NCBI GenBank assembly: GCA_015680685.1
Contig: MNCI01001832.1
Location: 5,404 to 69,403, forward strand
Length of the DNA stretch: 64,000 bases
Reading direction: 5' to 3'
Origin: Gnetum montanum
Taxonomy: Eukaryota; Plantae; Gnetophyta
Notes under the pieces: model-generated
Databases searched by the model: none
Told to the model about the DNA's origin: nothing
Seen by the model: the letters and a program-made list of their open reading frames with translations, nothing else
Program-made: the position numbers and the translations under genes
In this document: positions 27,401-39,645 of the stretch, piece after piece
Layout: each line of letters starts with the position of its first letter
Position numbering within the stretch: the stretch's first letter is position 1

Positions 27401-29461
27401 TACTCATGATATATATGGTCATTTTTTGACTCAAGGGTTATGATGTTGACACTTAGGAACAAAAGGATTTAAGAATTTGATGGAAGTATCAATTGATGAC
27501 ACCAAAGTCCACTACGAGAGAGACTTCTAGGCCTTCATGGCCATGGGTTGAGATGAGTAAGAGATTATCTTAGATCATTATATTTGAGGGTTAAGTAATC
27601 TAGGCAATAAGTTAAACATGAGATAGACTTTGCATTATTATTATTCTAACCACTCATTTTGATCTTTCTTGAGTGATTATAGGATCCTTCTGGAATGGTA
27701 GAAATATCAATTTGTATGAATGGAAGAGAGAACAACATTGATCTTCTCATTATATCTTCTTTTTCATTTTTTCTTTCTTCCTTTTTTTCTCTTATTTTTA
27801 TTCTTTTTATCTTTTATTCATTTTTTCATCTTTTCTATTTCTTTTTTCTTATTATGTCTTATTCATCAAGGTCTTCCTTTTGATACTCATCTTAAATATA
27901 TGAGAAATGCTTCTCTTTAATATCCTCTTTGTAGAAGTGAAGACTTAATTTTTTCATATATTTTTTAGTATCCTATTGCTCAACATGCTTGAAAATGGAC
28001 ATTTAAAATTTATAACTTTCAACCAAGAATCAATGAAGTCATTCTTATTGATCAGCCTCTTTTGTCTACTTCATTTATTTGCATTTAGAATTATCTTTGA
28101 CCACTTGTTCTTTTCTCTATTTGAAAGCTTTAGTATATAGTTATTTTCTAGTAGCAAGAGAATAACTATAACCTCTCTTCAGATGTCAAATATCATATTC
28201 TCAAAGATGTTTCTTTTCATGTACAAATTCAAGAAAAAAATCTTCAAATGAAAGCTAAACCATTAATTTTTTTCTACAAGATTAGTTTCTTTTTGTTTTG
28301 AAGGCTCAAGAATAGGAATATTTTAGCTTTTGTTACTATTTATTCTTTTTTTCTAATTAATGTATTTTTTTATAGAGAGTTATATTCTTCTCTTTATAAG
28401 AAATCTTTAGTAAGAAGTGAAAACCCATGAGGATGCTTCTAAATAAGGATAAGGCCTCATCCTCTTCCCACCATAAGGGGAAGGTTTTTAAGGATTAGTT
28501 ATAGGGATGAAAACATGAAAAGACATTCCCAAAACCATTGGGGATTTTCTTTAGTCTCTCTCTTCAATGATTTTATATACTCTAAAATTTTTAATAGTAT
28601 TATTCATTTTTTAGAGTCTAACATCCCTCTTAAGTTTAAATTTTTCTTTTTGCTAAAGATTGAAAGCTTTCTTGATGACACTATCATCTTTTAATTAAGA
28701 CAAGATTCTTAGGTTGTGAATCTAAATAACAATCCTAGTTAAAGCACTTTTCATTGATAAAAAATACTTGATAAATTCCTCATTTGCAAAATTATCAATT
28801 TTTGACAAAGGTCTAATATTTGCAAGAATTATATGATTTCTAAATTGGAAATATTTCCAAATCACAACAAAATTAGCAAGCTCATGGTGAAATTGGAAAA
28901 ATAAGAAACAAATTAAAATAAAAGATAATGTAATCGAACAAATACAAAATAATCCAAAACATACCTAAATCATGCATAATAGTTGAATATTATTATATCA
29001 AAGACCTAACATTTGTAATAATGAGAATATCCATAAATTAGAAGAATTCCAAAATCACAAAAAAATTGGCAAAATCATGAAATTGACAAAATCACATTTG
29101 AAGAATTTTCAAGTCACACTAAAGTTAGTGAAACTAAGAAGAAGGATCATCACCTAGAGCCTTAATGCTCATCTTACTAAGGAAGATCTTGGGAGGTCTG
29201 ATGGATGAGCAAAAGCCTAACCTCTTCATGTGGTTCTACCCTAGCTTAAGCCCATGTATTTTGACTTCATAAAATAAATCAAAATAAAAATTAAATTAAA
29301 CTTATTAAAAACATTTAAAAATGTGGAGAAAAACAAAATGTGCTTGTTTCATGTGTTACTCACAGTTGTAAAAAATTGCATTGAGATTTTGCAAGCATGA
29401 CATAAGTATAGATCCATAAGTATAGAGAATATGGTTGTGTCAAGATTTTAGTTTAGGTGAT

Positions 29462-29600
29462 TGATGAGTGACAAGTACCTCCTACACCTAACCATATTAA
29501 TCACAAGTGTTCACACACAATCTACTTGAATTCTATGCATGGGACTAGTTGTGGCATCTAGACATTTTGCCTTGGTTGCAGTTCCCTATCAACTTAGGAT
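29462..29600 (-). repeat. Fragment of a family X LTR
   Basis: TGATGAGTGACAAGTACC...GGACTAGTTGTGGCATCTAGA aligns with 61813-61940. Confidence 0.7.
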
Positions 29601-29696
29601 GGTAAAAATATCAATTCTCATGGACTTATAAGCATGAAGTTATATTGCTCTTCCCATCACCTCTTCTTATCATCATTGTTATTTTTCTAATATTTA

Positions 29697-29722
<26 letters not shown>
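29697..29722. repeat. (CT)n microsatellite
   Basis: Read directly. Confidence 0.95.
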
Positions 29723-29727
<5 letters not shown>

Positions 29728-30499
29728 ATTTTCCTTTCCTTTCATTTATCATCATTTTTTATATCCTATTTTTCTTTTATAACAGGTGGGTATTATTATG
29801 GAACATGGAAGTTATGGGAATGATTAGAGTGTTAGATTACCACCTGGAGTCTTTGACTTGCAGAAACATGAAAATTCATCCCTCACTACATGGCATGCAT
29901 AGGTTCATAAGATCATGAATCTCCTCTAACCATAATAGCAAGGCAAGACAATACATGCATCTTCATCCAATCACACCAATTAGACCCATACAGTGATTAT
30001 ATTAACCATTAATGACATTTTTTTCTTGCCAATGACCAAGAACTCTTCTAGGATTCAAATTTCATACCATATGGTGTGGACCCACCACCTACCCATGGTT
30101 CTAGTAGAATTAGCTTTAACAACTTGCAATATGAATCCTAGCTTCCTGCTAAATCTATTCCTAGTTCACTGATGATGAATAGAAGAAAAGTGGATGGATA
30201 CATTTGTTGTGTAAACATTCCATTGGTCAAGGCTCTACTTTGAACCCATTCAATACTCTTACATCCTCATCACATCTGTAACTCACCCATCTACCATTAG
30301 CTTATTTGGTAAGCATTCATAAAGCACATTAATTGGTCTTTCCATGCAAATTAATAAAAAAATTCTAAAATAAAAGAAAATATCATAAATGATCACCCAT
30401 TAACCTCAAGGACATATAAAAATTCTAAATAAATACATTAACTTTATTAAGTGCATAGATAAAAATAGTAAGAATATAAATTTTTGACATGACATGTGG

Positions 30500-33400
30500 G
30501 ATTTCTCCCTTATGAATAATCCATGTTCACCATTTAGGAGACCTCTAAGTATTAAATTGAGTAATATACATGCTTAGAGGTGAAAGATATTCATCATGGT
30601 ACATAAGGTATTGCCCATCAATTCTTGCATCTAGCTCACTTAAATGACACATGAGCATGGAACTAAAAAACTAGGAAGGATCACAAGGTATATTCTTGTA
30701 ATTCATCCTACTAGATCCATCTCTTCTACTGATTTCAAGGTAGAGAGGTCTTAAAAGACCAACCTAACATTAGTGTGATGCTTAAGCAAGTCCTTTCCAT
30801 GATACCAAGAAAGTTATCTTTCACCTTGTTTTCTAATTTAGTCACCAAGAAATCTATAGGGTATGACCAACTTGCAATAGAAGTCATGAAATCACTTACC
30901 TATCCCATAGGGTATGTGTAGGATTGGTCTACTAGCTTTAGTCAAATGTTGGTACTATTAATAGGAGGAAGCTCACAATCATGATACTATTGCAATAAAA
31001 TGATATTGAACCTAGAATCGGAGTCACAAAGAGCTAGGAAATGACTCTTTTTGCCACTTTGAATCTCAAGCATGGAACTACTACGATTTGATTATTTTTT
31101 AGGAAAATATTCTTCTTTGATAACCTGTGCAACCACCATAGGCATGAAGATGGTAATAACATCATCATTAGGTACCATCTAGTTACCTTTACTAGATATC
31201 ATCATTAAACTTGTTCCTAAAGTAAATATTGCACTTTGATTATGACTAAGAAATTTCATTGAGACCTCATAAATATGTTTTTTTATCTTGTGTGAATGAT
31301 TATCCTCCCCACAAGATGAAGAGGGTAATATAGATCCAATCCCTAGATTCTCACATTTCACTTGCTATAAAATTTTCTATTACAAGACCTCAATCTTCCA
31401 CCTCCCTCCCCCCTCCCTCACTTGTAGAAAACTTAATAGGAGATTGATAATATTTCTTAGATGCATACATGGAAGAAAGATTGGTACAGTAGGTAATATT
31501 ACATGATTTAGCTTATTTGATCTATATTTGAATGGGTATCCTACCTTGTATGGGACCAAGAAGCAGATGTTACTGCTATTGCTACTAGGGAGCTTAATTA
31601 GTAGGATTTCTTGAAGTAGGTAGGTACTATTGAGATCTCATCGATGTAGATTGATAAGAACCTGCCTACATACTATGAAAATAAGAGTTAATGAAAAGTA
31701 TCATCTATTATTACATAGGATTTGGAAGATTTCATGGAGTAGCATCCTAAGGATTTGAAGCTTACCACTATTGGTACTACTGCATGGACTACAGATATGC
31801 ACCTTTAGGATAGTATAAATGGCCTAGGTATGGAGTTCTCTTTGTTTACCTCTTTAAAATTCTAGGATTCAAAGACATCCTAGATTATTCCATCTTACTA
31901 ATTATGTGAGCCATAATTAGGTATCACTACAAATCATGAAGATCTATGTAGTATTCACAAAGACCCTCATCATCGAATGATGAGAAAACCTCATTTGAAT
32001 CTTCATGAATGCTCTTAAAATGAGAGAGCTTACATTTACCCTTGCATTCATACCTATTTCAATGTTTATATAGTGTGAGTGATTTGATTGCAACTTCAAC
32101 CATCTTACCTTAATGTCCTTGAGAGTGGTGGCCATATTTTCATCTAGTGCATCTTAAAATCAATCCACTCTATGGACCAAATCTGTCAAGGCTTTTTTTG
32201 TTCTAATATGATTTACACTAGGTCCTCAATCATAGTGGAAGATTCATTAGTACCTTTAATATTTTTAATCTTCTTTCTATGCGTTAGGTTATGATTATAA
32301 TTTTTTGTAGATGGTTGATTTTGCCACTTGTCCTTCATACTTACTATGGTGTCTAATAGCACTTTCATTTGGGCCATGGATTTCTTGTGTATCTAGCCCA
32401 TTATGTACATATCCACATACTTCCTCATTTCCTACCTTAGCCCTTCTACAATATGCATTAAGTTCTTTCTTTATCTAAAACCATGGTTCAAGTAATGATG
32501 ACCAGTTTTCATGTACCTCTCTGTGATAATGTTAAGAGGTTCATGGACTCATTATCTCCATCCAAAAATCTCCTTCTAGATGTTTGAACTTTATGCATAA
32601 GTCAAAAATTCTATGTAGAAGATTTTGAACATGTCTTTCCATCTCTAAATTAATCTTGAGGATAAGGATTTTTACCAACTTTCTGCATGCTTGAGGAAGA
32701 TATGAGAAAATAAGTGCAACTTCTACTAATCACTCATGATTTCTTAGAGATAGAAAACACTATCAAAGGATTTCATGTAAATTTGGAGATTATCATTGGT
32801 ATATCCTCTATATATTGGTACATTATCCATGTTAATTCACTTGCTTCTACTATCACAACCATGATCCCTTAAAATGTGTATAGGTTCAGTTAACTCATGA
32901 TAACTACCTTGGTCAAAGAAAGAAGCATCATTATCATCATCAAAAGGTCTAGACAAATTCAAATGCTAGAACTTGAAAATAAGGTTATCATTTTGAGTTC
33001 ATAGCATGCTTTAGTTAATAGCACTTGATCATGGGCCTTCATGGTAGAGTGATCCTTTGCCTTTTCTATCTTCTTTATCTTCCTACTCTTCATTTGAATG
33101 ATTAGATTAAAAGTTGTGATTGGCCTCCTATTATACCATTCAATCTTGAAGATCTTGCATGTACAAAGGCTTGTATTCATCATACACAAGTTCATGAGCT
33201 TCGTACAACATGTGCTCATCCTTTAGCTCTCTATTAACCAAGGCCTCTTTAAGACCATCTAATGCAACCACAACTAGTTCCCTAGAGAATCATCTATGAG
33301 TGTCATTCCATCTTCCCTATTTATCTTGATGATAAGCCAACATAATTGATGGAAGGGTTACATCCTTCCAATGTTCAAAGCTAACAAAGTTCCTTCTTCT
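30500..33400 (-). pseudogene. gag: Element D gag-protease remnant
   Basis: Gag: MDNVPIYRGYTNDNLQIYMKSFD and KHAESW. Protease: DSDSRFNII, LVDQSYTYPMG and SWSYPIDFLVT. Confidence 0.75.
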
Positions 33401-36090
33401 TTTTCATGCCTTTCCAAAGGCCTTTGCTGGAATTTTAGTATTATCTACCATCATGTTTGATGAGTGGTGAGGTATCCCTACACTCAACCATACGAATATG
33501 AGTGTAGCACGAGTGATCCGGTCGAACTCCATAGACTAAGTGCCTACATGCCTCATGGAACACTTAGGGTTAATCATTCATTGGCTTCCCAGACTTCCTT
33601 GTAGTTGTCACGGTGTATGGTTAAGTAAGTCTAAGGTATATGATTTTTATGTCTTTTTATGTTTTTGTCTCCTATGCTAACATTGTGAAGGATAGAGAGA
33701 CTAATTACTAACTTTAACTAATGAACTAAGTCTAAATTAACCTAGCGTCAACATCCGTTCCCACTTACCGTACACACCCTAAACTGATGCAACCTTGGTT
33801 GCCAAATGCTAATCGTTGCTGGGATCACCAAGCGTAATGCACGTGCTCAAAGTGGTCGTACTGAGGCACTCAACTAGGAGAGAAGGGTTGAGAAAGATTT
33901 AATAACTAATAAAGCATGTAAATAACAAATAATAAATAATGATAAATAAAATCCTAATTAGCCTATTCCATGCACTGCAAGGTTTATCCAAGAAGCTCAT
34001 CTTTATTGCCATACACAAACTTATGTTCAGGTATAATGTCTGCTTGAATAAAGATCTGTTCACTCTGGGGTTCCTACTGCAGGCACATGGAAATTAATCT
34101 ATCTCTAGAGTGGAAAAACTGCCAAAGTTTAGCTACAGTCTAGGCCTAGAATAGGAAACAAGGGTGAGCTGTCTCTTATTTATAGATATGACGGTGCACC
34201 GCGATATCACGTACGCAATATCGCAAGGGAAGATGCGATATCGAACCCCATGTGATATCGTGTCCCATCATACCCCCATGACTAAATGAAAACTCGTCCT
34301 CGAGTTCCTTACAATAATATTGGGAAGGTATGGGATTAGTGACTCAAATAAAACTAATGGGATGACATGTGAACAGATCATCATTACAAGACACAACAAA
34401 ACTGGTGTTCATGACAACAAGGGTGAACACCTTATTACATTGACATCAGGCCGTATTTGGCAGTTGAGAGAAAAGAGAAGAGAGAAGAGAGAAGAAGTCT
34501 TGCTACTACCAATGCCCAAAGTGCATCTTTTATTGTCCATCCGTAAGTGCGCATCATCGATCTTACTCCTTGCATAGCTACTTTAGCATTGCTCCATTCC
34601 AAGTGCTCCCTCCAGATCTGGTCTGTTGTTGCATGATCGCCATCTGCACACACAAAAAAATCTTATATTAGTAAGGGTAAATGAATTTCAATGTAGTTGA
34701 TACCTTGATATGGTGAAAAGTCCATTGGCTGGGTTCTGGTATGGATGATACGGATCCGGAGATATATTAATGATAACTACCGAAGGTGTAGGGGTTAGGA
34801 GAAAATCAAAAAAATTGGGCCCCGTACCCCCATGACTAATCGTGAACCTCCGGTAGCGAGAGAATGAAAAAAGAAAAGGAATAATAAGGATGGATAAAAA
34901 GAGACAACAGCAACATCAATAAAGTGGATGTCAAGATGGAAATGAACAAAATAAAATAGATTGCAAAAATGTTAAGGGAAAGAATTTAACGGATGCACCA
35001 AATAGGAATGCCAGTGGGTCCTCTCCAAAGCAAGCTCCTACCCTTAATGCCTTGACAAACCCACATTCAAAGAGTCCGTAGGCTCTGGGAATGTCCTTTG
35101 GAACAAGAGTTAAAGTCTCAACCGTAAAAATTTACCAAAAAGAAAACGATGCATCTACCAAAATATACACTAATGATACAACTGGCAATGAGGTAAATAA
35201 TGGAGAGAAGGATGAAGAGAAGAGAATGGAATGGAAACCCAAGAACAAGGTGGTATATAGCCCCTTGTGTGTTTCATGATTAATGTGACTTGGTAAATCT
35301 CATTCCAACTCCAGCCTCAAACCAACCACATCCAGTGACTTTGCATCAATGCATTTGGCCAATCCATCCTCTTGAATAACAAGAACGCATCTCCAAAGAG
35401 CCACCACCATTCTAATGAAACAAATGAGGAGAGAAGGGGAAGCGAGAAGGGCCTCAGTTAAAGGGAAAATTTGTAGTTCCATAACCAGTGCTTGTAGCCC
35501 AAAGGATTATTTTGTCTAAGGGGTGTGCTTTGAATTCTCACTTTATTTTGTTTTTTTTTGTATTTTTATGCATGAGAACCACACCATGCAAAGACTTATT
35601 ATTTTTATTGGCTCAACTTCCCGATAATTGGGTAACATCGGAACGCTAAGAAAACTCAAGAAGAAAACATCTAAGCACCCAAGAGAATGGCCAACACAAA
35701 TGCATCAAGTTCCCTTGAAGTCACACCCTTTTCAATCCTTGAGTCCTTACTTAGTTTGAGAAGTACCCAGTTACCAATTTTTTACAGTTCTTATTAGAAA
35801 GGGACTATACATTTCCAAGCCAAGAGAGACCATAGACTTTTGTGGATGAATGGATGAAGTGGACTCATTGCCTGCCATATCAAAAGAAACATACCTTAGT
35901 ACCAACATCATAACTTAAAGGTAGAAACCAAACATTAGCAATCAAATAGAAAAATAGTTCATACCATCATGAAGAACACTTATTGGATGACAAATTTACA
36001 AGGTGGATAACACACGTACAAACACACACAAAAAATGAAAAAGTATAACGATGTTGTAAAATAAAAATAAGAAAAGTTAAAGAAATTTGT

Positions 36091-36280
36091 AAAACAAAAA
36101 TGTGTAAGACAAAAATGTGCAAAACAAAAACGTGTAAGACAAAAATGTATAAAACAAAAACATGTAAGACAAAAATGTGTAAAACAAAAACTTGTAAAAC
36201 AAAAACGTGTAAAACAAAAATGTGTAAAACAAAAACGTGTTAAACAAAAACTTGTAAAACAAAAATGTGTAAAACAAAAA
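36091..36280. repeat. 15-bp tandem array (AAAACAAAAAYGTGT, ~12.7 units)
   Basis: Units read directly; units 2, 4 and 6 start AAGAC. Confidence 0.95.
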
Positions 36281-36307
36281 ATAAAAAGAACAGAGGCCCT
36301 CTAATGA

Positions 36308-39300
36308 TTAGCATAGGTGGTCATCTTCCCCATGACTAAATTGCAAGGGAGAGATCCGAAATAATGAACATCTATTTGAATTTTGTAAAAGTGCCCAACT
36401 TCTCCCCATTGATGTTCTCAAATTAAGGGGTTGAAGTTGGCGATGTTCATATTCCAATGTGTCTATTCCTTCATTATCAACATGAGTTGTTTCCTCAGTT
36501 CGTTCCGTGGATATTAGGTTGCTCTTTCTAGTAGCTGTCAACCACAAGGTGTCCACTACTTGTGTGGTTGCTACATACAAGCACCTTTGAATGTTGTCCT
36601 TTGGTGCACACCAATTACATGGAAGAGATTCTTTACATTCTTCCATGTCATCACCCTCTGAGTCACTGTATGTGATGCATGGAACTTTCTTCTTCTCGAT
36701 CTTTCCATAAATGTTTTCCTTAGATATCTTCAAGGAAAGATCGCGGATCCCTAGGTAAGCATCTATTGTACTTAACCATGGCCTTCCAATTCTAATTAGG
36801 AAGCCCCCGTTGTCACTGTTAACTTCTATCACCAAGAAGTCCGCTGGGTATGACCACCTACACATAGTGGTAATGATGTCCTCCACCAATCCCAAGGGAA
36901 TGGTGATGGACTGGTCAGCCAGCTCTAGTTGAATGTTTCTCTTCTTAAGTTGGGGTAGGTTCCAGGCTTGATACATTTCTCGTGATATTAAATTGACTCT
37001 AGAACCTGATTCAAGAATATGTGGTTTGTTCTCGACGACTTGTAGATAGATTAAGGGGCTCCGAGGATCAGAGAGTTTCCTAGGAAGGTGGCCTACCTTG
37101 ATCCAGTCGATTACGGTATGCATTAACATAACTGTATGCGTACAACTCTATTGTTGGATTGAAGGGTGTCCCAAAGCTTTATTTGTTGGAAGAGTGGTTG
37201 TGGACTCAACTGCTTGTTGTTGTGAAAGCTTGTCTAGGCTTTTGGTTCTGAAGAAAGGTCTTCTCTTTTTACGGTTGTCAGAACCAACAATAGGTTGAAT
37301 GTTTATAGCTCTCGCAACATTACATTGCTGCAATTGAGTGGGGAGTTCCCCTTGCATTTTTGGAGTAGGAGGTATGGGAACTACAGGTGGAAGAGGTGCA
37401 GATGGAGTTGGAGGATGGTAGGTATGTGGGGTGCCTCCCGGAGGAGAAGGAGTCCTCCTAAAGTACTCCCAAACTTGGTAGTGACATTGGGGAGTTGTGT
37501 GACCCATAGAGTCACTTGGAAAAATTAGCTGCTACACATAATAGCCATAAGAATCAGGTTACCGGTAAGGGTACTATTTTCTTAGTTTTTGGCATCCCCC
37601 ATGACTATGGGTATTTCCACTGCTGATGTTGTCTGATGGGTTGTGGTGGAGTTCCACTTGGATAATACATTAATGGTTGGTGGAACTGCCTTGGGTTACC
37701 TTGAGGATAAGGTAACCTTTGGGGTGTCTGCTATTGGTTAAGTCTCAGATTAAGTGCATACACCCCAGACTCCTGTAGATGTGAGATGATTGGACAACAT
37801 CCCTTAGGATGGTCATATTGGCAGATCTCACATCCACCGTCATCATCTGTGTGTGAGTCCACAACCTCATTGGAGATAGTTATTTTCCCCTTACCCTTGT
37901 TATGTGCAAGGCCTAAATCTCACCTCTTTTTCTTATCTTTGTCACTACTTTGTTCCACCTTAGACTCTTCTACGATTTTCGAGATAGTTTCAAGTCTAGA
38001 GTCTAAGGAATCCCACAATTGATCTACCTTAGCCAATACTTCTGTTGTTAGCTTTTGAATTGACAAGGTTTTCCTATTCACCAACTCTTCGAGTGGTGAC
38101 TAATCCTCCTCATCACAAAATTTCACTTCCTTCTTTCGAAGGGAAGGATCGCGATTGTATTCTTCCACACTCTCTCTTTTTCGTAGCTCCCCTTCTTCTT
38201 TGGCTCCTTGCTCCAACAAGCAATGAATTTCATGGGCTCTAAGTTCTGATAGTCTCCCTTGGGCATAAGTCCCAAGGGTTCTCCTAGTCTCATGCCTTGG
38301 CCCATCTACAATGTGGCGAAGTTGGTCCCATTGTGCGTAACCATGGCCTGGGCAACGATGTAACAATGCATAGTAGCAGTCCATGGCAGCATCCAAGGGT
38401 TCATGATTACCTTTCTTCCATCCTTGGATCTTCTTATACAAATTAGACACTCTGGAGTACGTTTGATACTTATCGTTGAAGAGTTCTAATAGCGTACTCC
38501 ATCTCCTGATGGTTTTCAGCTCTAAGGACTGGTACCAACTTTCTGCTTCCTTAATGAGTGTCTTGGGGAACAACTTAAGTTTCTGCCACTCGTTCTCTAT
38601 GTTCTACAAGGCATAGGCATTGTGGAATGCCTATAAATGATGTTGGGGATCAACGTTGTATCCCCCTTCGAAGCGTGGGATATTATTCATGTCTAAGCAT
38701 TTGATCTGACTGTCCTTTTGATGCCTTGTTGGGATTCTTACTGCCTCTGTTATATCGAGCATACTTCGAGTTGCAAGTAGGGGCTCATCATGATCATCTA
38801 TTTCATGATGCCTATGATGTCTACATTGTTCCCTACTTTCCATTCATTCATGCCCTTGTCCTCTCTCTTGACTCTCTTGTCGAGGTCTCTCATTTTTCCT
38901 ACCTCTATCCTCACCATTATGCTCATGATGGTTGTGCCCAGATGTGGAAGGAGAGGGTGAGTGGTGAGATGAAGGAGAAGAAGAAGGAGAACCATCACCA
39001 TGACGATGCTTCTTACCTTCTCTTTGGCTGCTATGGCCCTAATCATGCTGACTATCTAAGTGCCTGTCCTTTTCATGTATTGTTGTTCCCTTTGTGAATA
39101 GTTGGCATTCACGGGGATCAGAACTAGTGTTATGTATCGTGGAGTATAGGTTCTAATACCCCACCTCCTCACCATCATTAGGAGAAGGAACATCATTTGA
39201 TAGAGAACCCGTTATAATGGGTTCATCATCTCCTATTTCACTAAGGACGTGCGGGACCCCTTTGCCCTTCATCAGTGTATGTTGGCTCTCCTACCGTGAG

Positions 39301-39645
39301 TCCCTTATACGTTGTGTAGCTGTGGGATGATAATCCCTTATATCAAAATCTGCTATAACATATTCAGCATAGAGCTATGTCATGTCAATCTATACCAGAG
39401 CACGGAGGAGCATGTTTGGGACTGATTGATCTGGAGGTAACACTATGTTACCTTGCAAATCTCTCCATCGCAGTTGTTCACCTTGATGAAGGATAAAGGT
39501 AAAGTCTGGTATGTACTCATCAAGATGAGTATATACCACTCGGTATTATTGAGGAGTTGGCATATTTCAGTTATGTATTTTTGATTGCCAACTATTTCGT
39601 GTATTATCCCTAGGTGGTGAATTGCTTTTGTTAGAAGAAGACATT
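36308..39645 (-). pseudogene. gag: Element C gag-protease ORF with several in-frame stops
   Basis: Starts MSSSNKSNSPP near 39645. Core IPRFEGGYNVDPQHHL..LFPKTLIKEAESWY; knuckle CEICQYDHPKGCC; protease ILESGSRVNLI, LELADQS and IRIGRPWL. Confidence 0.88.

Noticed and set aside
36077-36280. CRISPR-like array or FLFYT repeat protein
   Set aside because: Head-to-tail 15-mers without spacers, no cas genes, and a eukaryotic context; the ORF is a by-product of the repeat.
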